In this document: positions 1 to 57,868 of the stretch, in pieces
How positions within the stretch are numbered: the stretch's first letter is position 1
Layout: the number at the start of each line of letters is the position of its first letter
Source of the DNA: Chrysomallon squamiferum
Lineage: Eukaryota; Animalia; Mollusca
NCBI GenBank assembly: GCA_012295275.1
Contig: CM022678.1
Span: 14,012,001 to 14,076,000, forward strand
Length of the DNA: 64,000 bases
Direction: 5' to 3'
The notes under the pieces: model-generated
The model's database searches: none
What the model saw: only the letters and a program-made list of their open reading frames with translations
Told to the model about the DNA's origin: nothing
Position numbers and translations under genes: made by a program

Positions 1-846
1 AATATATAAAATGCTAATAAAGTGTAAAACAGCACAAGTTTATATGTGATGTTATTGTGTAATAAACATATTTGTTTTCATGCAACAAATCATATCCAAA
101 TTTATGTTATTTCAGGACATTTAAAATGCTAAATAATGCAATTAATAAATGGAAATAAGAGAATATTGTATTCATTTTAAAAATTAAATGTATATAGATT
201 TAGAATGTCTGTTTTAGTGTGAGAGAAAAATGAAAAAGCAAGTACTAGTACAGCACTATATCAGATTAGAATTTGTCATTTATTTACTATAAAGTTAAAG
301 ACATCAGATATTTGGTGATATTATTCACAAGTGTTGTAAAATGTGTTAAGAGTTTAATATTCTACCCAGCTAGACTACGTGCACAAAAGCAAAACTTGAA
401 AGGTAAATGTATGTATATATTATGTATTTAAGAAAGATATACCATTGGAATCAGTTAATTCTGAAATTTAAGTGCAATACATATTAAATAAAAGATATTT
501 TTTAAAAACTTCGATATATCTTTTTATTTTTAATTATTTATTTTTCTAGTTTAAACATTCAGCTCAGTAAGAAAAAATATACTAAAACTTAACTATTGTT
601 ATTCATAAAATCTGAAATGTAAACATTTCATTTCAAATTTTGAACTGTGAAGCTTAAAATTGAATTCTATCACAAACAACAAAAAAAGATATATTAATAA
701 ATGAATATCCTTATTTTTTAAATATTTACTATTTATATATATTACTAACTGAAGAAAGTTAGTAATAAATCTTAAAGAGAATAAAATTTAATAGGGAATT
801 TTAATATATTAAAAAAAACTAAACAGAGCTCCCTATGAAAACCAAC

Positions 847-45385
<44,539 letters not shown>

Positions 45386-45560
45386 TTCCTTTACATAAAT
45401 GACATTTTTTATATAATCTAAACAATATTTTACGCACTCTTCCGCTTCGCTTATCTTTCAATACAGGAAGTGGACCGTACTTTCCGCGCATGATTCTCAC
45501 GAAGAAAAACGTTAGTAGTAAGCCAAGCTGCAATTTAGGCTGATTAGCGGTTGTAGCAAT
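45386..45560 (-). promoter_or_regulatory. ASAP 5'UTR and proximal promoter
   Basis: Abrupt CpG enrichment upstream of the ATG; ETS-type caggaagtg at ~45464-45472. Confidence 0.6.
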
Positions 45561-45758
45561 TACTGCTCAGAAATGTTTTATTATTGTTTTATTTATTTGT
45601 TAATTAATTAATATATAACTAGTATTTATTTATTTAGATAATTACTTAATTAAATTACATTTACAAGTAATATTAATATTTAATCCATTTTCTATCTGTC
45701 GCTTATTTTCTAGACAGTTGCCCAGATTTAAGACAGTTCGAATATAATGAGTTACTGG

Positions 45759-45759
<1 letters not shown>

Positions 45760-45806
<47 letters not shown>
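45760..45806. repeat. (TAT)n microsatellite
   Basis: Direct reading. Confidence 0.95.
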
Positions 45807-45809
<3 letters not shown>

Positions 45810-46329
45810 TAGTATGTCTATTAAGATATTATGATATCTAATAAATAGGTTAAAAACATTGAAAGAAAATACTTGTTTCGTTTGCCAGTGACCCCTACCA
45901 CTTCTTTCTCAGTCTCTCCATAAACAAATATATTAAATAACAAATTTGATAAGAGATGATACATAAAAAGCTAAATACAATATGATTATGTTGTTCTTGT
46001 TCTACTGTTATAGCGATATTTGTTATAATACAAGACCAATGCTAGGCATGTTAGGTATATAAATATGGACGTGACAGAATCTGGCATACTTAGCCCTAAA
46101 ACACCTAAAATCAAAATTTTATAAATGCATGCTCATCCTTTGCGGTCGGATGCTGAAAATGCATTTGCTACTAAAATAATGTGTAGCAGCTGCTGCAAAA
46201 CGCAAACTCCTTCCTGCGGCCGGCCTCACAAACGTCAATTGTTTGCACTCAAAGGAAAATAGTTTTTTCAATGCAGTGTATCTAACTGACCATATTTATT
46301 AACGTTTCTGGAATGGGACAGCAAGCCCA

Positions 46330-47520
46330 AATTACCCTAAAACAAATTTAACATTTGTTACGGCATCTTGTACGACAATTGCAGGAAATCGGCTTGAAAA
46401 TGTCAGATTTTTGCGAAGGCACGTCAAAAAAACAGGGGCAAATACTGTGGTACTGTTGGGTATTTAAAGCAGCAATGCTCGCAGTGATGAGTTGCAAGAC
46501 GACAAGACTAAATTTTCCGAAATGAAACATTGCAGGTGAATCGCAATCAGCACTCGAAAGCCACGTGAACGTCCATCAGAACACCATTTGACGGGAAAGG
46601 TATCAGTAGTTTCAGAAATGGAAGACCTCGCATAAACTAACAGCAGCAGAAGACGGCTATGTCGGGGTTATGCAACGAACAGTGCTAGGAACATACTTGG
46701 TTTTGAGAAGCGTGCCTGCTCAAACGATTAGTAACCGACTTCGAGAAGCTGGTCTACGGCCCAGAAGACGTATGTTGGTTCATCTCTGCAACGTTATTAT
46801 CAGTCAACCAGTTCACTGGAGCGCTAATATACAGGGATGAAACTTGGGGAACTAGTTCGAGTATAATTCGACACGAATCACATTTTCTTTAACAGCGACG
46901 TGATGGACAACATCGTGCTCGCATACGTTTAAATGAACATTTTGCCAAAAACTGCAATACCCAAGTTCGGAGATGGAGAGTCATGATCTGGAGAGCCAGT
47001 TCATATACCGGCAGACGTAAACTTAGGTTTGTACAATGCAACCTGACAGCTACCGGGATCGATAGAGAAACTCTTTCAGCAGAGCAGTGCCAGGCCGCAT
47101 AGTCATGCATAACAAAGCTTTTCCTATAGAATGAAACATTAATGTACTGCCATGGCCATCAAAATCGCCAGATCTCAAACCCACTGAACATCTGTGGGAC
47201 GAATTGGACAGACGTGTTCGTCAGCGTGACCTGGAGTCTTGGAGCTTTCTCATCTGTCACCTGCACTGCAGAAAGAACGGGTAGGATTCCACGTGCTCGA
47301 ATTCAGATTCATTCAATCTATACCAAGGATATGTCGCGCAGTGACTGCTGCTGTTGGTGGCCATCCTTTAGCAGTGTAGTTTGTCCATAGCAAGAACATT
47401 GTCACATACTCATATCAAATTTTACTGATATGGTCATACATTATGAAATTCTGCCACTTTGTATCAAAGATATAATTCCACGAACATTTCGCCTACGCAT
47501 TTCTTGTTTTGACAATTTAT
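46330..47520 (+). mobile_element. Decayed Tc1-family transposon
   Basis: RNGRPR, AQTISNRLREAGLRPRR and VLPWPSKSPDLKPTEHLWDELDRRVRQR; left TIR not found, boundaries approximate. Confidence 0.85.
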
Positions 47521-48590
47521 AAATTATTACACAGATATTTCAGTGACAAATTAAATCAGTAACATTAATTTTTTTATATAACTAGCAATTTAACGAGAAG
47601 CAAAGCTTATGAAAGTAGTTAACAACAGTTGTACAGATTGACAAAGAACAAACATGTATGTTTTGTTTTTGATGTTGTCGTTGGCGTAAAATTACTGTTA
47701 TTATTACATTTAGCTCTTGCCAAAAAATAGTAATTTATTGTTATGGCATATATATATAAACGTCTGGCTATTTCTTTCAAACTACACATATAACTGAATT
47801 AATAATAAATGAATGTGAATGTATATTTCTGTTCTCATTTCTTAATTGTTATAATGAGTTTGCTTAATTATTAAGCTGACTGCATAAAACTCAGATGATG
47901 ATTCCATTATTGCATATTAGTAATAAAAACCAATTGGGTGCAGTTACAATTTACTAACAAATCTCTTTATAACGCCGCTATTTCGGTGCTCGTCTGATTT
48001 TTTAAATCTAACAGTTCACCTATTTATATCGCCAGTATTCACGTTTTCTCGAAGAATTACATAATGGAAATTTGTTTGGAAATCACTGATACGACATCGA
48101 ATGATTTTTATAATAGTAAACAGGAGGTTAGGGATGCTTCTTTATACATTAAGAAAACATTTTATTTTTATAGTTACTGCTGGTACCATAAACAATATCG
48201 TTTAGTCGTACATACACACAGTACAAGCAGCAATATGGCTCAGAAATCGTCGTGACATAAATAAAGGTCATCTAGCTAGAATCGTTACCAACCGTATGGT
48301 TAGCCAGGAATACCTAAAGAACTAACTCTGGTAGATAATCAGATATGCATAGAAATGACCGTTTGGCCTGCTCTCCGCCATTTGATACTCGTGCTAGATC
48401 GCGAAGGGCAGTAGAAGGGAGATAAGTTTATGTATATTTAAATACAGGCGTCCTTCACAACAGCTTACTCTGATTAGGATATTAGTTATTCAGTCATCAG
48501 TTCTGAAGCATTTACTGTAGGCGAGACTCGGCGAAGGAGTTATAGGCTATTAGTCATCTTAAGCCGTCCAGACCGTTGGTCAGTGTAACC

Positions 48591-51421
48591 CAGTGGTTCT
48601 CAACCTTTTTCTACTCTCGACATACCTACGAGCGCATGAAACTGTCGCGACACAGTAATAATTTTAAATATTATATGATGAAATCGTAAAATAAATTAAA
48701 AAATACATATATGGACTTGTCTGATACAGTTTATTATGTTAGTATCCCAGAACTGCCACTTACGTAGTGTGAAACTTGTGCCTGGTTTTGTCTTATGACT
48801 TCTTGAATATTTGGTCGTATGTGCGATGAGCAAACTCTCATTTCTTCTTCAGTGGAACGTAGTCTTTCTCTCTTCTTATTTTTTATATTATTTAAGGTTG
48901 AAAAGCCCAATTCACACAAGAAGTAGAGAATTGTAAAAGAACTAACAGGGCTTTTTCAGCTAATGCGGGAAATTCCTTTTGTATTGAAATCCAAAATGTG
49001 ACGATATCTACCTCAGAATGCTTTATTTTAAGACTGCGGTCACTTGAAATGGTAGCCAATTCTTCTTCTTCGCATAATTTAAACCCAATATTAGAAGGAA
49101 CATCTACAAAAGGATTACGAACCCAGTCGTACTTTTCAGCGACGGAAAGTAGTGGTCGATGTTTTCTTCGAGCGCTGTCAGATGCTCAACCACGATAGGG
49201 ATCATTTCTTTAGTGCAGTTAGTACGCATTGTAGGAAACACATCAAACTCACCCAACTTTGCTCTGTTTTTCCAAATAACAATTTTCTTTTTAAGGGCAA
49301 CCAATTTATCTGTCGAAGTTAGAATATTTTCGTTTCGACCTTGCATACTACTGTTCACAATATTAAGTTGACCAAATATTTCCGTTAAATATTCCATTTT
49401 GGCCATCCAGAATTCACATCGAAGATATTTACAAAATCTTTCGTGCTTTTCTTTATCAAAAAATACTATTAATTCCTTCTGTAATTCATGAACGCGAGTT
49501 AACACTTTACCTTTTGACAGCCATCGAACGTCGGTATGCACGAGTAAGCGAACATGTTGAGAATTGACAATTTCAACTACTTGATGTAACACTTGCTTCA
49601 AATCTTCTTGTGATACTTTTGAAACTAAAACTTCTCTATGTAAAAAGCAATGAGTACGAACAAGATTTGGATTTTCTTTCTGTGCTAGTGATGCAAAACC
49701 TTTAATGCAGCCTACCGTACATGGTGCACCATCAATACAAATACCAACACAAAACTTCCACGTCAAATTCATTTTTTTATGATAGCCGGTTATCATATCA
49801 AAAATATCTTGACCTCTAGTAGTTGTTGGCATTTCTTTACAACACAAAAACGGATTGATTATTTCATCGTCGTTAATGAAACGAACAAATACAAGCAATT
49901 GAGCACTGTTACTGATATCGGTCGATTCATCAACTATTAAAGCAAATTTAGATCCTTCAAGTTTTTTCTGAACATTAGTTTCAATGTTGTCAGATAAATC
50001 TACAATTCTCCTGTGTATTGTATCATTTGAAAGCGGAATTTTACTAATTTCTTTTTCAGCTCTTTCGCCTAACATGGATTTCACCATCTTTTTACAAGCG
50101 GGAAGGATAACTGACTCGGCAAGAGTGTGGGATTTGGATTTCATTGTTATTATTTCAGCTACCTCAATTGAAGCGAGTTGAGCCCGTTCAGACACCGTCA
50201 TTGTTTTCTGAAAAACATTGCGTTGCTTTGATTGCTGTTGTAACAGTCTTTGAAAATAATTAAGATCTTTATCTTGTAGGTAGGAATGTTTAGTCGTGAA
50301 ATGTCTTTGTAATTTATTTGGTACCATGGATTCATTGGCCATTTTTTCACCACAAACTATACATAATGGACATGGTTGAGCAACATCTCCTGACCAAGAA
50401 AATCCAAACTTCAAATAATCATCACAATACCGTCTATTATGGTGAACTTTTGCCTTTTTTGTGCTGGATTTTGTGGGCTTCATTGTATGTTCTGTTTCAA
50501 CCTCACACCCGTCACTAATCCTTATTTTTAACAAATTTATCCATTGTGAAGGGGTATTCATAAGCAATTAACACGCGCGTATTCTAACCAGTAACAGTAA
50601 ACAACAGGCAGTGTTAAACTGATCCGTGTGTCAACGGTCAACCTCCTGTGTCAAAACTGGAACATTAAGTAGTGTTCAAATTTTTTTTTTCACTCAATCA
50701 CCTTCTGAAATATATAGTAAAAACTAACCTTTATTCTACCAATGCAATAACAAAAACTGAATATCTTTATTTAACTCAAGTATTGCGAACTAAAAACAAT
50801 AGCTTGAAAGTACGTGAACAACACTGATTCTGAGCTAAACAAATTGAAAAATATGCAAGCACAGAAAACAGCGTTCAGTTCTAGTTATGATTAGTCATAA
50901 GCTAATTTAGTTTAAATTGATCTGTAATTTTGAGGTCAAAATTAAGTGGACAGTACGATAGAGTTTGATGTAAGTAAATAGTAAACACTGTTAAGAACAG
51001 ATTTGCCGAGACGACAGATTTGCAAAGTCTGCTCTAACTAGCATAATTTCTTAACTAAATACACCTAGTTAGCTACATCTCTTTACTAATAAGTGTTTAA
51101 GAATGACAGTAATTTAAAACACAGCGAAGTTAATTCGGCAATCGGCATTATGCACGCGCACACACGACCAGTGCGGAACAACACCACACACACAACCTAT
51201 CACACTGACGTCTCATGGGCAACTGATCGACCTTGAGCGAAAGGTGCAAAGGTTGGTGGCCGCCACTGATCAGTGGACTTTGAATGTGTGCATATTCATT
51301 GGAGAAAGGAAGTTCCTTCCTCCAAGGCATATTAGTAGAACACGAAACCGAGATTTATGCACATTGTCCGTGTTTTCAGGTGTTCGTCACAAAGTTTCGA
51401 CACCGCGGTTGAGAATCACTG
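48591..51421 (-). mobile_element. Young hAT Buster/Charlie-type (ZBED5/SCAND3-like) transposon, 2831 bp
   Basis: 15-bp TIRs cagtggttctcaacc and ggttgagaatcactg; perfect 8-bp TSD gtgtaacc at 48583-48590 and 51422-51429. Confidence 0.96.
48734..50544 (-). pseudogene. Buster-type hAT transposase, disrupted
   Basis: BED finger CIVC..LQRHFTTKH; VDESTD; DGAP; HCFLHREVL; VRWLSKG; CELGFS. Probable start MDKFVK at 50544 is out of frame with ORF 49104..50567; further frameshifts near 49140 and 48920. Confidence 0.9.
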
Positions 51422-52259
51422 GTGTAACCGATAGAAATAGCCAAAAAGCACTGTCCTCTAAACAAGCATATAATTACATAATGGTCGTATATATTTATAT
51501 ATTGAAGTGATATGTTCATAAACTGATGTGTATTTATTTCTCCTTATTGTTAGTAGTATTTTAGTAATGTTTTCTTTGTGGAATGAATCGAGTGTAAAAA
51601 TATCTTCGATCTGTTGTTCACGAATATTTGTTTACTGTCGGTCATTGACCGTTTTCATAAAAAGGTCAATCAATGGCTACTCTGTTGGTTTGTTATTAAT
51701 CTAAAGGTTACAGCACACACAAAAAAAGATGGAATAAATTTCAGAAATCTGTCGGATATAGATTAGTTTGTACAATATCGTCATCTTTAGGCAGCATATC
51801 GTCCAATGAACACACAGCAAAATACGCAACCATATACACACAAAAGATTTATGAAACGAAATGTGCAACGTTGTCATGTTCTTGAGGTTTTCAGTCATTT
51901 TTTAATTAGTTATTCGCCATATTGCTGCCTGCAGCGGCAGCCTCAGTAACTTCCGTCAAAACTCAAATAAATGGCCTTTGTTAAAGATAATGCAACACGA
52001 GATAAGCCCTAAAAAAAAAAATAAAAAAAAAAAATTAAAAATTCGAATCCTATTGTTATTTATTTTTCAGTTATTGTTAAAACTTTTTTCAATAATTTTT
52101 GTTTTGTATTTTGTGTTTGTTTTTGTTGTTGTTTTGTTTTGAATTTTTTATTATTATTATTAATCAACGTCCGATTTTAAATATTGTTTTCTCATGCTTG
52201 AAGTGACCCTGTTTAAACTTCTTACCATTATGAACGCGATCACATAACAATACTTGTAG

Positions 52260-52669
52260 CACGGCTACAGTTTGCATAACCTGTCTCAATACGTTATCTC
52301 ATTTATACTTTGTACTTCCGGGTAAACTAGCCGGTTCTACGGATGCCAAAATTCTGAATTGAAACACATACAAACAAAAAAGCACATAACATGTGATTAC
52401 AAAAAAAAAAAAAAAACATTATAAACATTGAGATATTTGATGTAATTTATTTTAATATATTTCCTTTTGCTGAAGGTCGTGGGCAATGTTAACATGCAAA
52501 TGAGCACGTGTAGTTTTTCGTAGACTGAACATATTTTGTTCAGTTCGCAGAGATTCCGTAACGGAAAACTGGCTTTAAAAGACGCATAATCACCAGTATA
52601 GTTTGACATTGACCGACCTTGAACGTAGTATTGTTCAGCCAAGAAGTAAGCAACTCTCGAAATTTAGAG
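52260..52669 (+). promoter_or_regulatory. Promoter and non-coding first exon of the microprotein gene
   Basis: CpG-rich; ETS motif acttccgg at 52314-52321; inverted repeat ttccgt-a-acggaa at 52554-52566; donors gaa|gtaagc (after 52645) and gag|gtaaag (after 52669). Confidence 0.55.
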
Positions 52670-53416
52670 GTAAAGTTCTTTTTTTTCTTTTATATTCTAA
52701 TTCGTGAATACAAATATTTTCAGAATGTAGTAAAATATACTTCTTAATATAATTAGGAGTAGCTTTTAAAACAAAATCATGAATAAATACTTAATAGGAT
52801 ATGAAAATGTAATAGAAATCACGTTTTAATGTTTATGGTTTATGGTTCATTGTCCATTTTGTTCAGTTATATTAGTGATTCGCAGTAACAATGAATATAA
52901 TAGTTAACTTTGTTCGAAAAAAAAAAAATAACGAGAAGAGAGATGAAAAAAAAATTGATAAAAGATATTTTTATTTTATTTCAACGGGTATTTCACAGTT
53001 GACATTGATTCTCGAATCGATCATATCGCACATAATTTGGATCAACATTTATTATATTTATTGTCTAATTCTTTTGTGCTCGTAGATGAATTTTTCCTTT
53101 TTGTTTATTTATAAAATAATAGCTGCGAAACTACGTTTCTTCCTATCGATCAGAAAAGTGACAATGAATAATTTTCTTGCAGTGAAAAAGATACATATTT
53201 TTCTTTGACTCTAAAATTAATGTTGCGAAATAGCCTGCTGCATACTTTGGCTTTGAGGAATTACAAAGTTAAAAACTTGGCGTTGAAACAATTATTATTA
53301 TTTTTTTGTCTATTAATTGTTTTTCATTATAATTATTGAGATGCGTTTTTAACGTGCATGAAACATGGACATACATTTATTTATATTTGGAGATTTTTTT
53401 TTTTCTCCTTTTCCAG

Positions 53417-53477
53417 ACTGCTAGTTGAAGACACTGCCGTAACTGAACAAGTAAACATATCTCTTAAAAACACAAAG
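53417..53477 (+). other. 61-nt 5'UTR exon, copy A
   Basis: Long polypyrimidine tract ttccag|...aag|gtaaaa; no ATG. Confidence 0.65.
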
Positions 53478-53870
53478 GTAAAATAATTTTCATTGTTTCT
53501 CAAATACTATGTGCTTTTTAATAGGAAATTTGCCATAGTTTAAATTACTGGTGGCTTAAGAAGTGACAGATAAGAAGATCAGTCTTATTCAGTGTTCTTA
53601 TTCCTTTGATTGGTTATCAATTATGTCAGGTGATTCCCTTAAACATATTTTTCTTTCACTCTAAAATTAATGTTGCGAAATAGCCTGCTGCATACTTTGG
53701 CTTTGAGGAATTACAAAGTTAAAAACTTGGCGTTGAAACAATTATTATAATTTTTTTGTCTATTAATTGTTTTTCATTATAATTATTGAGATGCCTCTGT
53801 TTTTAACGTGCATGAAACATGGACATACATTTATTTATATTTGGAGATTTTTTTTTTTCTCCTTTTCCAG

Positions 53871-53931
53871 ACTGCTAGTTGAAGACACTGCCGTAACTGA
53901 ACAAGTAAACATATCTCTTAAAAACACAAAG
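53871..53931 (+). other. 61-nt 5'UTR exon, copy B
   Basis: Identical to copy A with the same splice sites. Confidence 0.65.
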
Positions 53932-54139
53932 GTAAAATAATTTTCATTGTTTCTCAAATACTATGTGCATTTTAATAGGAAATTTGCCATAGTTTAAATT
54001 ACTGGTTTCTTGAGAAGTGACAGATAAGAAGATCAGTCTTATTCAGTGTTCTTATTCCTTTGATTGGTTATCAATTATGTCAGGTGATTCCCTTAAACAT
54101 ACCTTTAGATACCAGCTATTAATTACTTGTTCTTTTCAG

Positions 54140-54328
54140 ATGAAAGCTGGTTTGGCACATTATCTTCAGTTCAAGTACATGAAGTTCTACTCATTTCTGA
54201 CAGTACCACCAATACTGATCTACTTGGTGAACTTCCTCACAGTCGAAAACCACAACTATTATGAAACGTACAGGATTGGACAAAAGCGTCAGGAAATGTT
54301 ACAAAAAGAATGGAGTTCACAATCATAA
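54140..54328 (+). CDS. 62-aa single-TM microprotein, SMIM4/UQCC5 (Sloth1)-like: MKAGLAHYLQFKYMKFYSFLTVPPILIYLVNFLTVENHNYYETYRIGQKRQEMLQKEWSSQS
   Basis: Exon begins cttttcag|ATG; spliced context aaagATG; hydrophobic core followed by TVxxxNYYxTYR and a charged tail; AATAAA at 54559. Confidence 0.62.
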   Translation: MKAGLAHYLQFKYMKFYSFLTVPPILIYLVNFLTVENHNYYETYRIGQKRQEMLQKEWSSQS

Positions 54329-54747
54329 CATTATTTTGAATGGCTGTTGCTGTGACTTAGAAATTGAAAATCAGGAATATTGTGTATTGTAAAAATAGTG
54401 CTATGTCAAGTGGGGTTCAGTCAGGTGATTGTAAGGGGAAATTTAAATTAAATTAATGTTTCTTAACATCTTTTGTTTGTTTGTTATTTATTTATTTTTT
54501 TCTACTTTTTCATAATTAACTGAGTTTGGTGTTTGATTTTATTGCAATTTAATAGGTGAATAAAATGTAAACAGAAACCTAGACCATAAAAACTGAAAGA
54601 GATGAAATATAACTGGGCAGTTGTTAAAAATTGTGACCCACTAGGTTACTGAAAGCTGATTTGTGTTAATTAGAATATTGATTGTATGAGGTGATGAAAT
54701 GTGGAGCAGAAACATAATAAGGGAAGGTAGTAATTAAACGCTGTTAA

Positions 54748-55539
54748 CCCCTACGCACATCGCAAAAAATGAGAACATTTGAATAAACAACTGTAGATAA
54801 AAAAAAGTTTCCTTTTTCAGATAAATGTTTAAGATTTTTGGCAAAAAGGAAATGAATATACAGATTACATAATAATGATGTATAATGTCACTGCTTTAGC
54901 CATAAAAAGTTGAAATATGGTTTATGAAATTTTATTTGTCTTTGTTATCACCTAGTTTTTTTGCACTACTTAAGTCTACAAAAATAAGCTGATTATTGAT
55001 TCCTGAAGTATTTTAACCTCATAAAATTTATTTCACAGATTTTAAATAAACCATGATAGTAGTATAATAATGTATATAAACATACACCCACCCACCCACC
55101 CACACACACACCCACACACACACACATACACCCACCCACACACACACACATACACACAGACACCCACACACACATACACAGACACACAGACACACATAAT
55201 GGCATAATAATTGTTAGCTTTGAACAAAAAGAAAAACGTATGAGTAAAAATGTAAAGGTTGTGTTTTTCAGAATAATGGTGAAATGAAAGTTTGCACAAA
55301 TGGATAATTATGTGAATTTTATTTAAAGAAGAAAACAGTTATAACCTATGGTTAGTCAAAATTGTTTGTATCTCACTTCGCTGATTATAAATTATACTAG
55401 TAATAAATTACTAGTATTTTACATTTCAGTAATAATTTTTATGTTAAAAATATATATTTTCGATTTTTTGTGAATGCAGGTGAAAGGAATTATAATTTGC
55501 TAATATATTTAGTGTAATTGTGTGTGTAATCACAAGGGG
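54748..55539. mobile_element. piggyBac-type MITE
   Basis: TTAA|cccct...agggg|TTAA termini; internal (CA)-rich tract at 55081-55197. Confidence 0.55.
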
Positions 55540-56199
55540 TTAAAGCTAGAAGGTCATAACTAAATTTTTGCCAGAAAAAGGCTTGAAATTTCATGTTTTT
55601 GTCTTGCTGAACAATTAATTTTTAATGACAGTAGTTCTGTTTATATATGAAATTACTTTAAAAAGTCATGCATGCAGATACATCCTTTTGGCATAAAGTG
55701 AATTGAAACACACACACATATTTATTTACTTTTATGTTTAAATACATGTATATATATAGGAACAGAACATAGTAAGAGCACATACATCTTTTTGATTTTG
55801 ATTTACCTAATAATCATGACCATAATGGCTTAAGTTTCATTACAACATCTGGGCAAAACAATATATGTGAATTATATTATTATTTTATGATTAATTTACT
55901 ATTTGCATATTATTGCCATCTGTATCTTATGCTAAACATATTCCATATAAAATTAAAATATTAAAAGACAGTAAAGTGTAGAACTGGTTAAAACCAACAG
56001 TCAGGTCCACAAACTTGAAATATAAATTTGAAAAAGTTAATATGATGTAATACAACTATTACTTAACATTAAACTTTAATGTTCACTTCAGTTTTCAATC
56101 TGATGTTTAAGATTCATATAAAAAATTGTGTTGACACATCTTTGTCATGATTACAGTAAATAACAGGGTTACAGCAAATCATCAAATAAAACCTTTTAT

Positions 56200-57170
56200 T
56201 CTAGATCAATTTATTTTCTGTGAGATAAGGTATTGCAAGGCAATCTCTTACTTTACCATCTGATGTAATATTATAATATAGATGATATTGTGAAGGAATA
56301 ACTCCATCTTGACTCAAAGAAATGAAATCATTTTTCATCAGCTGAGAAATTGGCAGCTTTCGTTTGTAACACAATAGATCAGTAACTACCTGTTTGACAA
56401 AAGCTGTAAGTGGCCTAAAACTCAAATGTACTGATTTCATTGGAACCAAACAGTAAGTACAGTTACAACTTTTTGGCATTAACAAATATTCACTTATGAC
56501 CTACTGACATGACCATTACTATCTACAATCACTTTTGACTATATGGTTATGATTCATATCTCAAAAACTGATTATGCTACTAACGTGATTGTTTGATACA
56601 TTGGTGGTAAGATGTCATTTTTGCAAAAAATGCATTTAAAACCTTGCTCTAACCTATCGATATATGTGCACAGAATTTGCTACACATCTATGAACTGGAA
56701 TTCATAGTACCATCTATTTTTCTTCAATATGCTAAAAATACATATTTCATCAAAGTATTGAAAAGAAAAGTAATTTTTAATTAAAATATTTATATTTAGC
56801 AAAATGTCTATAAAATAATACTTTTATTGAATATACTTGAATCTGTAAAGAATTATTAAAGAAATTCAAAATACTCTTAAAATATTTTTCTTACTGCAAT
56901 ATCTACTTTATAATACATGACATTTGTTTACCCATCAATGAGCAAAGATCAATCTGGTAATTTAGTCTGTATTGTAACCTTATGTAACCAATAACAAAAG
57001 AGGTATATTTCTGTAAATGGGTACTGATGATATACCATCGTCCCTCCCTTTTTAATTTTTTAAAATCTTTTAAAACATCCATTCTTGTCCTGACTGATAA
57101 TTTTGGTGATGGAAGACCTGTTTCTGAAATCATCATCTTCCTCTTGGAATTTAGGTAACCTCAGTTACTT
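56200..57170 (-). mobile_element. Highly decayed DNA-transposon remnant (possibly Sola1-like)
   Basis: C-terminal-type motif YKRKLPISQLMKNDFISLSQDGVIPSQYHLYY; remainder not confidently readable. Confidence 0.35.
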
Positions 57171-57490
57171 CATTATAAATCACTTTAAATGTAAAATTAT
57201 TTTGCTCTAGTGACAATAATAAATATGTATTAATTCATTCTAATATATGCTTCAAATTATTTAAACAAATATATATTCCAGCTTGAAATTCAGTATACTT
57301 TTTTTTTAAATTTAGATACATGTACATAACTGGTGGCTTTTTGATATTTTTAACTTGTGTTTCTCTAGCTGTATTGTTTCTAAAACATATAATGTCTCTG
57401 AATAATAATTTAAATATAAAATAAATGCCATTAACTACTATTCTGTTCACCAGTTTAACATTCACTTTTGTTTCTAGTGTGTGTCTGTGG

Positions 57491-57682
<192 letters not shown>

Positions 57683-57868
57683 AATTGTATAAAAATAGTT
57701 TTTGTTGATTTTGCAATTAGTCTAGCACATTAATGTTGTTAATAGCATGTACTATTATAATGTTATATTATTAGTAATAGTAGTAAGAAGTCTAGTATAT
57801 AATAGCAGGTACTAGTAACAATATCCATAAACCCAGTTAAAAGTAAGATGTAAAAAGGTAAAATGTTT

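Larger units (their letters stand above)
53193..54101. repeat. Tandem duplication, two ~450-bp near-identical copies (53193-53642, 53643-54096)
   Basis: Direct alignment with a few substitutions and a 4-nt indel; acata microhomology at the junctions. Confidence 0.95.

Noticed and set aside
49104-50567. 487-aa ORF as a domesticated ZBED5/SCAND3-like host gene
   Set aside because: Intact TIRs and TSD, terminal frameshifts and an internal deletion indicate a TE copy.
54403-54456. Downstream ORF MSSGVQSGDCKGKFKLN as a Brawnin-like second cistron
   Set aside because: Only 17 aa with no TM segment, similarity limited to M..GV, and no downstream exon found to extend it.
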